The notes under the pieces were generated by a model. It was not told where the DNA came from and ran no database searches. It was given only the letters and a program-made list of their open reading frames with translations. Positions 36,301-50,257 of a stretch of 64,000 bases of DNA are shown here, in pieces. Position 1 is the stretch's first letter; each line of letters begins with the position of its first letter. Origin of the DNA: Marsupella aquatica (lineage: Eukaryota > Plantae > Marchantiophyta); the NCBI GenBank assembly GCA_973895155.1, contig OZ316892.1, forward strand, positions 6,617,251 through 6,681,250, written 5' to 3'. The translations under genes and the position numbers were made by a program.

Positions 36301-39300
36301 AATTGCTGGCCCTCCTCATTCCTAATTGATGCCTCTGTCAACAAATGCAGAATAAACCCTCAATGAGTTCAGTGAAGGTCTGATACACCACTGGACAGTC
36401 CTGTAGTTGCTGCTGAAGCATTTTCTTCTGCTGCTTAAAATGACAAGTGAAACAAAGACTATTTTTAGTATTACTAACACTAATTTGGATCTAACACTAA
36501 TACTTACGTAATATACCAGCAGTGTAGGTACCCCACAGTACTATGAGTTTGGTAACCACAGTTACACTGACCTGAAGCAAAGCAAGCGTCATAAGCACAA
36601 GACCTAGCTTCACAGACAATGTCATGGAGAAAATGTACGATCTCACAGCAAGCTTACTGATGCACGGCAAAGTTTTGTTTCTGCACCTAAAACTCACCGG
36701 CCTCGATGACGTCCTTCCAGTGGAACTTTAATGCAAATCTAAAACCTCCATAGTCTATGCACTTCTTACCAATTCAGGAAAGGAATGCGTTCAATAACAC
36801 CTTGCAACGGGGGTCAATAGACATATATAGCATAGGTAGGCTTGATAGTTAGAGTTTAGGCACATAGCTATTCGTACAATCCAAACACATGATATATTGG
36901 GGTGCCTTGACATATCCTGTTTCTAGTTCAAGTCACGTTAGCTTGAATAGCTTTATTTTAGGCGAATTACCCCCGGTGAACAGTCTTGCAATTGGCCACA
37001 AACACATGTTTTGGCTAGGTCTAGGCTGAACACCCGAAAGGGTAGGCTGAGAAAACTTGTTGGATCCTAAAATGAAAATGACATCCTAAAGTCTGGAAGA
37101 AACTTAAAATAATTCTCGCTATCGTTAAACCACAACTAGTACTGTCTGGGATGATCAGTCGAGTTGAGAGTAGCAGTGAAATCGAGGGGACGTCCTGTTA
37201 GTTGTTCCGTCCTGTTGACCGAGATTCATTTATGGTTTGCAACCGAGAAATTGGCCTTGTACCAAAAACAGTATGCACAACCGTCCACACCTCTCCTCTC
37301 CTCTCCTCTCCTCTCCTCTCCTTTTTTCTATGATACGATAACTGAACTGGTTTCCCTGATTCGCCTACTGCCTTCAGATTTGGTGGTGTTCTCGCATGAA
37401 GCTGGTCCTGCATGTAAACGAGAGTAAGCCTGACGAGAAGTGGTTAGTACATGCATCATCTTTGTGGGATTCAGTGCATCCCCCTGAGTGGGTGATTGAG
37501 TGACTTCCGCTCCAGAGAGAATTCAGAGAAATAAACTAATCGAAAGAACTCGTTGGGATGGCGCTTTCATAACTGATGGTGTGCAGTACGAGCTCAGTGT
37601 TGGGGTTGATGTGGAGCGCACTGACTCCCAGAAAGGCCCAGCTCAAGTTGCTTTCGAGATTCGAGGACATTGTTGGGGTTTCCCCAGTTTAAACTGGCGA
37701 AATTTGGAAGCAGGATCGGCAAGAATCATGGCCCGGGCAGAACGGTACAGTACAGCCAAAGTGAGACGTGACATGAGATCTACGAACGAGTAGCATTGTG
37801 GATGGTGAGCAACGTATCCGGACTGTCAATGGATGGACCCAAACGAAAGAGGTACGACATTGAGACGATTCAAGCTCTAGCTAGGACCGGACATTGTTTT
37901 GTAATGCTCTCTTGTGGAGATTGATTTCCATCCAGCAAACCTTAACCTCAGTGTCTCATCTGAATTGAAGCTGGCCCCCAACAATTTCCTGAAGCCTCCA
38001 CAAAGCAATGGACCATCTTTAGCTCGAAGTGGTAATGATGAGACATGCTGCTCCGACGACGATTTCAATTGACTACAATTCTAAAATCCCGAATTTCACT
38101 TCTGTTTGTGTACTTCTAGAAAATTGTCAGACGGTAAACGCTAAAACCGTTCGATGTTTCATCGGAGTCCTTATGGGCTCTCTTGGTGTGTTTCATCCCA
38201 GCGTTATTCTTAGCGCATTCAACTTCAGGATCTCAGTAGCCCAAACGTTTCTACAGGTTGGCTATTAGTAGTCATCAAATGGAGCTTGTGGAGACTTACT
38301 ATTGGTCACCTAATTCAATTCTTGATTGCGGAGAACTTTGGCAGAGTTCGCAAAACTGAACTTAGAGACGATGAACTTGAACTTGAAAATGGAACAAATG
38401 GAGAGTGCAAGGTGAGTTCCTGACTTCTCAATCAATGAGCAATTCCTTTGAGTCGACTTGGGGTAAGGGAGGCACAAACTAAAGCATACTGTGATGTTAT
38501 GAAGACGTCCTTCTGTTTTCCTAAATGGATAAATCTAGCACATGTCTTTAGCTCAACGATAGATTATGGAAAACTGTGTCTGGTTCTGTGACCAAAAACG
38601 TGCAACCCCTCCAGGTGGCATTTGCTCACACTGTCCCTGTAGGCTACCTTTCAGGGCTTTCCTGCGGTTATGCGAAATGTCATGAGCCAAAAATTACACT
38701 GAAATACAAAACTTGGCCCATCTTTCATGAAATAAGCATGGGACAGTGAGGGATGGAGTGAGGGATGGAGTGATGACAACTTTGGAAGGATAGGATTATG
38801 CTTTGGGAGCTGGGTATGAGTCTAGGAAATCATGTGAATCTCTGTCCCACTAGGAAAGCATTCTCATTCAATCAAGGCAGTCTCATTCTGTCTCACTCTT
38901 TGTTTCTGCACAGGGGTGTGACAAAGGAAGGGCCTTTTCCCCTTTCTTCCCCCCCCCCCCCCCCCCCCAACTTCTATTGGGCTTCTTTGCCGGTGGGACC
39001 CTGTCTCCAGGTTCTGCGTTTTTGCCATTGGGCAGTGTGATATATAGTGTGACCTTCTCTCGTTGAGTGTTGTCTTACGTTGTAGAGAGGTAGCAAGGTA
39101 GTGTCCAAGGTAGGCCAAATAGATCTTCTGTATGTGGGCCATGTTGCCTCTATAATTTAGAGGCTTGTGGGTCTTGTGTCTGTGGGCCACTTTGCTTTTA
39201 TTCTTTTGTCATGTACTTCATTACCAAGTGCCCACTCAGTGCCCTCAGACACTGAGAGCACTGACGTTACTTTTGCTTTTACTAAATAAATGGGGACTCC

Positions 39301-39825
39301 TGACATATTGCAGAAGCAAGAATAACAAGTCTACGACGTGACTGTAAACAGTGGTAAATAGATTTCTTAAAACAGTTGAAAGGGAGTTCTGGTAATTCCA
39401 AATGGACAAAATCACAAAGAAGTAACCCTCATAATAAAATTATAATTAATTACTAACAGAAATTCAACATTCTGTGCAGGCCAGATGGTTTTCTTTAAGG
39501 AAAATTAAGAAGCATTGAAGGTGCCCAATACAAGGTACCACTCGCAACAAGTCTCACGCATTATGTGAAAAGGGAAGGCATTTGGACCCTCCTCCTTCAA
39601 TATATGTTGATTGGCTAAAACCACCACTGGCCTTATAAAAGCCAGAACATGGTGGATCCAGGTTTTAGGTATGGACAGTGGCAGTTTAACCCACATAGTT
39701 TCATTGTCCCAAGGAGCATCTCCACGGGCAGACACTATCCTGCCCTGCAAAATGCCCAAACCCTTGCTGTAAATCAAGCTTGCAAAATGAAATCTCCCAG
39801 CACCATACTCAGCTCCCCGCCAGCA

Positions 39826-39851
39826 CCCTAAACCCTAAACCCTAAACCCTA
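39826..39851. repeat. Interstitial telomeric tract (CCCTAAA)3-4
   Basis: CCCTAAACCCTAAACCCTAAACCCTA, the plant-type telomere unit. Confidence 0.8.
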
Positions 39852-40084
39852 CATGGGTGATCTTGAGTCCAAAGTGATACTAATACTTCTGGATAACCAA
39901 AATAGTTTTTCTCTTGCTACTGTTCCACTCTTGAGACCAAAGTAACACTACTTCATGTGTGCAGCATTAGTTCTATGATGGAATGAGTGGTAGAGCCTAA
40001 AAATGTCTGCTCTCAGTGTGAATAACACTAAAGACGGTGAACATTGCTCTCTCTTAGGTGTTCACTTGCTCACATGTAGTTTTG

Positions 40085-40345
40085 CACAATGAGACATATA
40101 GCACACTATCAAAGAACAAAAAATGTCAAACTGGGAGACAGGATCTCAAATGCAAAAGACCCAATAAAGGAGATAAACAAACCGCTCCAATTTGAGAGAC
40201 CAGATACGAAAAGAAAGAACCCCAATAAGGAGGAGGAAACAAGGAAAACGATCACCAAGGAAGGAGACCCAACAAGGAGGATAAAACAAAGGAAAACAAT
40301 AAACACCAACCTGGGAGGCAGGAGACCCGACAAAGGGGACATATA
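40085..40345 (-). mobile_element. Retroposed insert (LINE 3' end-like) with 17-bp TSD
   Basis: Flanked by the perfect direct repeat GCTCACATGTAGTTTTG (40068-40084 and 40346-40362). Pyrimidine-rich on the minus strand. Confidence 0.7.
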
Positions 40346-41091
40346 GCTCACATGTAGTTTTGGTTAATTACTACACTTAAAGCTTCCACCAACTAAAATG
40401 AACCAGAACGGGTAGAAGTGGTTCGTTTTGCTTATCAAAAATCAACAATTTGCTATCGTCCTTTCACATCACATTATTGCTTCATGAAGTTTTCTCTTGT
40501 TTATATTTAATTTCCAATATTTTAGCCGAACCAAACCTTGGTTAGTTTTCTTGGCCACGATACATGACAGTGGCCTCCATGCAGCCCTGAGAATGTAAGT
40601 TAATTAAATTTATCCCATCTGGGTTAAACCACAACTACCCTATAAAAGGGTAGGGGTAACCCGAAGTTCTCATTGTAAAGATCTCAGGTTCAGAAATGGG
40701 CTTTGAGCTTCACAAAAGGTACTGATTACAAAATCTTTTTTTGGCAAGTACTTCGCAAAAGGTGCTAGTGTTCCATCTATTATGGTGAGTAGTGAGACAT
40801 GGGATAAGACTTTTATATTGGCAGGTGTGGTTTCACGAACAGAAGTCCAAAGTGGAGGGTCTGCCATTCCAGTTAAATATGTACAACTCGTTTAAATGAG
40901 CAAGAGATGAAACTGCCATAGGAGCTTACTGTTACAATAGGGCCCCTCAGAAGTTCGAAATTGCATAGCCCTGAACTTTCGTGTGACGGCCCAAGTCTCG
41001 TTCGTGCCAAGGTTGATGCTATGCACAAGTTGGAAGAAGGGCAGAAGAAAAGGGCTCCAGTGATATGAGAGAGGAAGGCACATTGAGACAT

Positions 41092-44000
41092 CTAGGCAGA
41101 GAAACTCGTCCTCCTGCTCCAACTTGGTTGCTGATCAGCTTCACTGATTAGTCTACGGCTCTCTTTATCATATGTCTTCAGCAGATCTAGCGCCCCTGTT
41201 GCTGCTTCTTCACAAGTCACATCTGATCGCAAGTCCAGAAGCTTTGGAATGCAATTCAATTCCCTGATGCGCTTACAGACAGCTGACCTGGGGCCCGAGT
41301 ACATGAGAAATTTGAGGAGAGTGCATGCTTGGACTTTGCATTCGGGACTAGGTCCAAGCTCCAAGATGTCCCTTAGACCCGGTATTACACCTGCCTCGAA
41401 AATCGTAATACAGACTTCCTTGGAGGCCTGGGAATCTTGCGCCATCATGACCAGTATCTTCGTGGCAAAGCTCTTTGCCTGGCCACTGCCCAAATTGTAA
41501 TGCAATACTTGTACAATCACCTGTATGCCACCTTCCCTGATGAGTGCCATCTTACCCCTGCTGTTTAGCATGAACCTCTCCAGTGCAATGACTGCTCCCC
41601 TCACAGCTTCTGTTGAGGCATTTGCATTATGGTGACGAATTCTGCCCAATAGGACTTTGATAGCTCCATCTCCTTCCTCTAACATTGCTGTTCTTGCAGA
41701 AACTCCAGAGAGACTCAAGTTTCGAATGATGCAGATTGCACTATACACGGCCGTGTCGGTGACAGAGAGTTCAGACTGAGGTTGAATTATGTCAAATAGA
41801 TATTTACATATCCTCTCTTTCATCAATATTCCACACAGGTCAAGCTCCACGGGAGAATGACCCTCGCGGCTCAGGTTCAGGAGAATACTGAGGGCCAGCT
41901 CCTAATTCACCCCCACAAGAATCAAGTCAGAAAACACAAAGGACATAACAAGGCATAGGCACTCCAGATCATCTTCGAAGCCTTTCAGAAAACTTGAATC
42001 CAGGAGGGAACAAATGCAACCAAAGAACCCTTGAAAAAGTATGTCAATATAAAGAGAACGTCCAGAATTTAGCAGCCAATCTTCTCCTAGCACATGCAGA
42101 CTTCTAAAGTTTCAAAGTCGCCAAATCCAAATAAAAATCAAAAGTTAGAAACGTAATAAAATTCGAATGATGCAGTCAACATCTCAAGTGTCTCATTGCG
42201 ATTCTGGTAGCATCTTCGTCCATTAATCTGGTCTACAAGAGTTGCAACACGGTTGCAGGTAAACTTGGGGAGGAATTGAACCTGTGCTCTTGGAGCCCCT
42301 CTAGTTGATATTGAAATAAGCAGTGGAATTGCCCGTTCTCTAACAATGAGAAACTTATTGCTTTGCTCCTCAGACGCAACAGTCAAAGCCTCCAGTGCCT
42401 CCACATCATCGAATGGTTGTGCACCCTCTGCCTCCTGGAACACCAAGAACTTGTACAGAGCGGAGATACCGTCTGCATTCCCCACCAGGATTGATGATTG
42501 GTGGTCAAATTTCATCAACTTAGTCAGTGCAATTGCTGCTATCTTCTTCCCAGACTCCGCACTTGTTTCCAAAACTGACAGTAGGGCTTGGACGCCGTCA
42601 GACTCGCTTATGCTCACAGCGTTGTCTTTGCTATCTATCACAGCCGCTAGAGCGCGTGTCAGCTCAACTGAGCACTGGTTACCCACATTTGCCTGAATGA
42701 ACTTCGCAGCCATTGGAATGAAGCCAGCTTGCAGGACAGCTTTTCTAGCTGGGCCACTCTCTACCAGATGTCGAAGAGTAACTGCCGACACTTCTTTCAT
42801 TTTCCCCCTCTCTAACCCTCCCAGGAGGATCCGAGGGCCATCCGCCTCCACAACATATTTCTTACAATTAACATCAGCCATAGAAAAGATGGACAAAAGT
42901 TGGATGACCATTACTCTAGCTTCCGTTCCTAGCATAAGCCCAAATTTGATTAGGATTGATAGTCCATCCTCCTCCACAACGTAAGGACAAATGGAGTTAT
43001 ATTGCATTGCTATTGCAAGCAGTGCCTCAGCTGCCTTTTTCCTCACAGGTACAGGCAGGCCAAAATCTGGTCGGACCATGTCGAGGAGTAATTCAATCGT
43101 CCTTCTGTCCCAATATTTTTCCAAAACAGAATTCCTGGATGCAAGAACAGACAATACGCCTACTGCCGCCCCACGACATTCAAGTTCGTATGTAGGAGCA
43201 AGAAGTGCCACCACTCTTTCAACAGGAAACCCATCCAATGACATGATCGAGCTGCTCTCTGGACCAGTCATCAGACTTTCAGCAGCCACCACAGCTTGGG
43301 TATAGCATTTCGAACTGCCGTCAGCCAACAGGCAGTTGAGGAGTTGTAACCCCCCTTGATTACAAATGTCTTTACGGCAAGATGGAAAGGATGCCAGAAT
43401 TCTTATCAGCCGAGCCACTCCATCTTTGATTTCCGCTGTTTCAAAGGACTTGACCAGGACTTGTAAAGTTGCAACCCCAGCACTATTCAAAAAGGCAACC
43501 TGCAGCGACGAACTTTCCCTGCAGAGATACTCAAGAGAGGACAGGATGTCCACTTTGGAATCTACAGAAGTTCGCCCAAGACCCAGGACCCCCACTAAGC
43601 CCTTTAAATCTGCCTGAGAAAGCACATGAGAAACGTCTCCCCTCACACTTGATAGGCACGTATTGAGAAGCCTGGTAGCTTCACTCACACAATCTCTATC
43701 ATGGTTCGCCTCGTTTAGCACTGGCAAAAGATGGGCAAACAGCTCATACTTGACAATTACCTCTGGCATTCCATCTAAGAGACACATTTCGTTCAAGATT
43801 TTCAGAGCTTGCTCTCTGCCCCTACCACTCGGAAGGCGTGATATTGAGCGAACTAGAAAAGGAATTGCTTTGTTTTCATGCAAGATATTGCAAATGCTCT
43901 CCCCTTCAGTCTCAACCATTGAACATAATGCCTCCAGTGATTCCTGTACCACTTGCGGACTCAAATCTTTTGCAGCAAGTCGTAGCAAAGCAATTGTAAG

Positions 44001-47000
44001 AGCCGTCCCCTCAGTTGCACCACTTGCCTTCTCACCAGATAACAAATTTAAGCCCGTGATGCAAAGCGATTTTCCTTCCTCTGGAAAGATCAATCCCTCT
44101 CCAACGTTAATCAATGAAGAAAATGCTGACACAACTCGACTTCGGAGACTGACTTCTGCTCTAATCTCCTCGTCGCCAAGAATGTTGATCACGGTCTGAG
44201 CAGCCTTTAAGCGACCTGTGCTACTTCCATGAAGCATGAGGTCAATGAGGTCGTCAAGAGCTATGTCTGTTACCGCACTGCATATTTGGTCTCTTTGTTC
44301 ACATGAAAGAGTCGATTCACCGGAATCTCCTTTGATGTCAGAAGTGAGGGCCTCAAGCACACCTGCTGCCTTCTCAGCAATAGAGGTGTCTATTTCTTTG
44401 AGTAGCTGAGTGACTGCAGGAATACCTCCTCCTTCAAAAACTTGTACCTGTCCCTTGGCAAAGCTTGCAAGGGAAGTCAACTCCTTCAAGCTTTTCAAGA
44501 TCTGCTTAAAATAAGGAGGAAGTGTAATCAGGGCCATGGAAGAGGAGAACCCAATAACGAATCACATATGAACCGTGCCTGTGGTGTGCGATGTGAGAGA
44601 ATTTAATTTTTTCTAAAACAAGAGTTGTGGGAAGCGGGGGAAGGTAACATGAGATAAGAACGAGAAATGAGATTGTCTTGCATGCACTTATCTACGGAAA
44701 CATGATATGGTTCATGACTGAACCCAACATGGAAATTTCAACTCTCAATGGCAATTACCTATCAGAGTTACGATAAGTCTTACGAGATTCAATTCAAGAA
44801 TAAGCATAATGGCCAACTTAGTTAAAGTTACTTTTCTAATTAGTGCTCCTGGAACTCACCTGCATGGTCGTTTTGGAGCTTAGAAGCGAAATGTATGTTG
44901 TTACAGATTTTACAGGGGTTGAGGACGTGCTTGATGATGGTGACCGAGGACTGAACCTCCAGCTTGATGGTGACTGAGGACTGGAATTCCCGTCCGACTC
45001 CATTACTTCCAGAGGTCCAATGATGAGCTCTTCCAATGAATGCTGAATTGATAAAGTATCAGATAACGTTGACGTGGATGATCTAGTTTCAAGCAGTACG
45101 GGCATGGCCCTACCTTCGCTCTGGCATACCTCTCCCCACCTGTTCAAATTTAAATAAATTTCAAATCTCAGATTTTTTGCGTGACCCTCGTCTCGGATCA
45201 ACAATTTGGTGCACTCTATAAGAGCAAGGTCTTGACTCTCGACTAACTTCCAGATCTGATTTCTAGCCAGTTCGATTCAGTAATTCTAAGACATATGCCA
45301 AACAGCATTTGAAAGCTTTGCTATGATAAAATATATTCAGGATGCATTTTCTGAACTCCAAAAGGATAAACGAACGTAGAATAACAAGAGCGCCACGGCG
45401 CGCCCCCTCCCCCCCCCCTCCCCCAACGCGGGAATAAAAAAATGTAGGAAGACCATATTTCAGGATTGAAGAGATAGCAGGAGAGCGCCAGGATGCATAT
45501 CATGAGAAAATACCTAGAAATCAAGCTTCTAATTGCCATGTTGTCAATCGTAGTCTTTGTTGTCTTTTCTCTGGTATTAGGGCACGTATCATTATCCTTA
45601 AACCAACTTGTTATACATTTCTTGCAGTAAGTAAACCCTGTACCAGTGATCACTGGCTCCACTAAAGTCTGCAAGCAGATTGGGCAAATAAACTCTTTGG
45701 GGAATTCCAATTCAGTTCGGACATCAGCGGGGAAATAATCTTCGGTACCCCGTCCTGCAAAGTCAAGGCATTGCTGTTCCTGCGTGTCAATATATAGAAG
45801 TGTCTGCAGAAGCTCCTCCTCCAATTGCCTCTTGTTCTCGCTTGTGAATTCAACTTTTTCTCTCATAGACATTGCTTCTTCCTTCACTACCTGCAAATGG
45901 GAACAAAGCTTGTTTTGAGCATGTGCTTTCAACTCAAGTCTTTATTGCCTCTTATCCAGTGCAAGGTTATACCTTAACTGAAACGAATGCAAAATACAGA
46001 CCTCCCACTGGCGTCGTACTGCGTCTGCATCCGAATCAAAACGTTGTGCGAGCCATGCTATCAACTTGTCCATGACTTTGGCACCCCCCGTTAAAGAACT
46101 TGCTTCTCCAATGTTGTGAGCTCGTAGGACATCCGTAACCTTGTCAAGCATTGCAGAAACAATAAGAAAGAATCAACGCCTGTAAAGAAGCCATCCAAGA
46201 GTACATTCCTAAACACACTGATCTCCTCCGAATCAGAAACTCGGACTAATGAGTCCAAATCCAGGTCTTGTTTTCAAAACTAGCGCAATCGTGCGTAGCA
46301 TGATATTAGTTCTGAGGAATACAGCCAAGATCCAATCCAGACTTGGATGTGTTGCTTTAATGCCCACGTTTTCACTTGCTCTACTAATGGAGGCCGATGA
46401 AAGAAAACATTCCAAGAATTAGTTGATCATGTAGCAGCTTTATTTGTGGAATTCTTGAAGTAGCAAATATACAAATCTGCAAGGTTGGTATCAATTGGCT
46501 TCAGTAAACTAACCTCGGCTGCGAGATCTTGCTGGTCCCTGCGCATAGAATTACTCTCCTTAAGTTCGTTTCCAAATTCCCCAAGCTTGAAATTGAGCCG
46601 TTTAATTTCCTGCTGCATCTCATCTGATATGCCTAGTTGCACCTGAGAAATAACAAATTAGTGTTGTTAAATTCACAACATAAAATCTCCAAACCATGAG
46701 CCTGGTACTGATTTTCTTCATTACACATCACATCGGGACGATTCTTACATTAACGGCCAAAAGACTAAATTAGGGTATCGGAGGAGTAAAGTGAAACAAA
46801 CCAGGGGAAGGAAACTGATCCAGGTCCGAATGTTGATGGTAGCCTCACTTAATTGCCCGGTAAGGGTTGTGTTCCGAAAAATCAACTTGACCTTCGAGCA
46901 TTCCTTCATCTTCTTTAAAACTCTGTCAAATTGTTCCAGTCCCGTTAACGACTAGTAGGAATGGGGCGTCAGAAACTCGAGACACGTGACTGTCCATGGC

Positions 47001-47317
47001 AAACAATGCATCCTACAAAAGTACCGGCCATAGACATAACTGGAAGGTGGGAAAGAAGCAATCAGGTGAGAAGCTGATGTTGGTACGTACATCTGAGCAC
47101 CAATAAGAGCAAGCATCAGCTCTCTGAAGGTGTTAATAGTCGCTTCTGTCACTGGACGTCTCGACTTCTGAACTTCCTCAAGGAGGGGTGTCAACCCCGC
47201 CACAAGCTCTGCCAACTTTATGCACTGGGGACGCTGAACAGGGACAGTTTCGCACATCAACTCCAAATTTTTGACCAGGACGAGCAGTCCCGGTATCAGC
47301 GTTTTCTCCATCCCCAT
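41092..47317 (-). CDS. Large U-box/ARM-repeat E3 ubiquitin ligase (PUB family) with an N-terminal helical (UND/MLKL-4HB-like) domain, ~1400 aa
   Basis: ATG at 47317; first exons ~46890-47317 (junctions not fully resolved), then GT-AG exons 46514-46642, 46002-46139, 45514-45890 (U-box: FPKEFICPICLQTLVEPVITGTGFTYCKKCITSWF...TCPNT), 44860-45139, 42282-44501 and 41092-41901. Many ARM repeats (GGIPAVTQLL, AIPFLVRSI, GGIQVIVQVL). Confidence 0.9.
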
Positions 47318-48789
47318 CCTTGTCACCACCACCTGCAGAACAAAAGCTAAGACGAAAAACCATGTTAAATTAGGAAGAAGGTGCAGACCAGCGTGCATTG
47401 CTGTAGAGCCAAGAACTGGGACTCGAGAGACTTTGGCAGGAAAGAAAAGTCGCCCTACCAAGTAGAAAGCGTCCTTTACTCGTCAACCTCTCCGTTCAAT
47501 TCGGCGAAGGAAATTGACAATCCTGGGCAAGCCCGTCCACCAATGCGGTGAGGTAGCCAGCAATTCACCTCGGGACCGGGTCTCCTTCCCCACTTCGACG
47601 TTGTAGTGGAGATTGAATCGTATCTGTAATAAGCTAAGTTGTTCCGTCTAGACAAGTGAGGCCCCCTATGGTAGCCAACTTAAGTAGCACTGCACAGCTA
47701 AACCCTTGGCATCACACGAATTATGAATTTCAATTCCAAATAAGCCCCTCCTCCGTTCGCCTATCCGTTCTCCCTGCCTACCTTGCCTTGCCTTTCAAGT
47801 CCTGGCTCTCTGGTGACGAGCGCAGCAAGATGGAAACTCCACCACAGTGAACCACTTTCGTCTGTCCGTGCAAGCCGTACTACTTATGCTCACTCCTTTC
47901 ATCCATGACTATACAATCGGACCCGCTTCCATTCCGACTTCTCCATATTGAAATTACAATACAGTGCCCTCTCGTAACCACAAATCCTGTCCACCCAATC
48001 TACAGCATCATCAAAACCCTGCCCTCAGCCTCTCCTGAGTCTCCTCCTGATGCTACAGAGTTAAACCCGCTATCCAATCACCTCGACGGAATTCGATCGA
48101 TAGACTCAACCTCCCTCCTCTCTGCTTACTTCTGATCGACTCTGCGGGCCAGAGTCGAACCAAGAGAGGAAGGACCTAGAACAGGACTGACCTCACCAAT
48201 TCACAGGTGAGGTTCTATTGCGGAAGTTGTATCAATCTGCGTGAGCACTACACCAAGCTCGTCCGAGACACAGATCATGCTGGAGCAAAGCGTTACAATT
48301 CTTTCCTCAAATCTTCTCCCACCGTCTTCTCAGATTGACAACCTGCAACGTACGTCGCTGCCGACGACGAGAACCTGCATTTGTACCAACCTGCATTCAA
48401 CCGAAACGCTTCTGCTGAAGATGAAGATGACGATGACGAGGGAAGTAGCGAACTCTGAGAAACCGAATTGGCCACTTTTTCGTTCTCGAGGACTCCGGAG
48501 AATCGGACTGGACTGCTGAAAACTGCAGCAGAGCTCGCAGAGTGGCGAATGGCGGCCATCGGTGGAGCATTCGAGCTGTGGAGAAGTGAGAGTGAGCTGC
48601 TGGACGCTATCGGAAGGAACAGAGGGGTACGAACAGAGGGGTACGAACGAAACAATCATTTCGTGTGACAATTTGTCAAACTTCGAATCGATGTGGATGC
48701 GGTTCTTTCTGCGAGGATGCGTATCTTTCTCTGTTACCTCACTAGGTTGACTCTTCTTGACTCTCATCTCATGTAAAATTAGCTCTCTC

Positions 48790-49340
48790 TAAGTGCACAC
48801 TCTCAGGAAGATGGATCTAGCATGCACTAAACCAGGTGTTGCATTAACAGATAAGCGCACAACCCTGCAAAAGAGCACTTGTCGCTAAGTGTACATGATT
48901 TACATCCTGAGACTAATCCAGCTTGCACTAAACCAGGTGTTGCATTTCCTGATAAGCGCACACCCCTTGAAAGTACACTTATTGATAAGTGTACATGACT
49001 GTACATTTCTTTTGTTAAAAGTACAATGAACCCATCCGACAGTGGGCAGCCTCGTGCCTTGTATCCCTGCCCAAAATTCTGTGTCCAAACTCCCTAAGTG
49101 CATTTTTAACTCTACCACAGACTTGCATGCATTTATCAGTAAATGCAATTTCATGGGATTGTGCATTTACTGAGAAGTGCATCTAACTTAAAGTTTTAGT
49201 TTAGTGAAATGATTTCAAGCCTGTGTCTGCTTAGAAAATATGCTTAGAAATAGCTTATTTTGTGTGAAATAAAAGGGAAGAACAGGATGCCCTGTGCTCA
49301 ACCAGGTAATGCACTTATGAAGTGTGCGCTTAGACCAAGC
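48790..49340. mobile_element. Third ATAAGTGCA-motif repeat with an internal ~102-bp tandem duplication
   Basis: TGCACTAAACCAGGTGTTGCATT...GATAAGCGCAC...TAAGTGTACATGA at ~48823 and ~48925; multiple AAGTGCA/TGCACTT motifs. Confidence 0.5.
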
Positions 49341-50257
49341 CTACTATATGAGTTTCAGGTTTTCAATAGGAATTTGAAGGCCTCGTGGACCACAATGTTG
49401 GCCTTTGAAACCCCCATGGACAGCATTTGCCAAAATTTGAGTTTATTTGTAGTAACTTGATGTTCATATATGCAAATATTTTCTAATTTTGGGCATATGC
49501 TAGAGGAGTAGTTACTACACTTCCATCATCGTGACAGGGATATTTTAGCCAGTTGGGTGAGTTTTTCATCATAAAATGCGCAGTGTGGATTTAGTTAGAC
49601 TAATTTTCATTTTGTGACATTCGATGCTATACGTGAACCCCACTGCTAGGTCGGATTTGTGTCAAAAGAATAAACTTACCCTGCAGGATGCAACCCTCGC
49701 ACCACCTCACCCAACTCAAGTGGTCTGCCATTTACCCAGGGCCTGGCCAACGTTCAGCTATGGTCATGCCTAGTATTAGAATCACTACTATTTTAGGTCA
49801 AGGTCGGGCAATGGCCCTGTTTGAATGGGCTCATAGAATCGATTAGCCTTGATATTGGGGTTTGTCTACAATCAGTGCACAAATATGGGGATTCTTTTTT
49901 TGCAAATTTCTCACACACTAGAAATTGTCTTTGGAAGTAGTTAGCTAGTCGTAAATCTAGTCAATATTCACAATGTGAGTCATAGATTAACCGCTATGAT
50001 GAACAGATAAGATAACAATGAGGGCAAAAAATCCAGTAACTGACCAAAACATTCTCTCATGCCTTTTTCCTAATTTGCCCTAGCAAATCCATTCAAAGAA
50101 AAAAGTGGGCAATTGAAGGGCAAATTGCCTAATCCGCCTCGTCTTTGGTAACCCGTTGCCAGTTTTGCTCTACTGGTCCCTTAGGGCTCCCCACAAAGTG
50201 GCAACTGGCTGGTTACAGTACCTTGGAGGTTAACTAAGTGTATATTTTGGGATACTA

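Noticed and set aside
36200-36420. TFWTELH-like peptide suggesting a gypsy integrase
   Set aside because: The expected downstream HPQTDG motif is absent; support is too weak.
37400-38420. Coding-like stretch with several short ORFs
   Set aside because: No consistent frame or recognisable motif; could be a pseudogene but cannot be supported by eye.
42346-44199. Several plus-strand ORFs of 65-178 aa
   Set aside because: Antisense shadows of the long ARM exon with no independent motifs.
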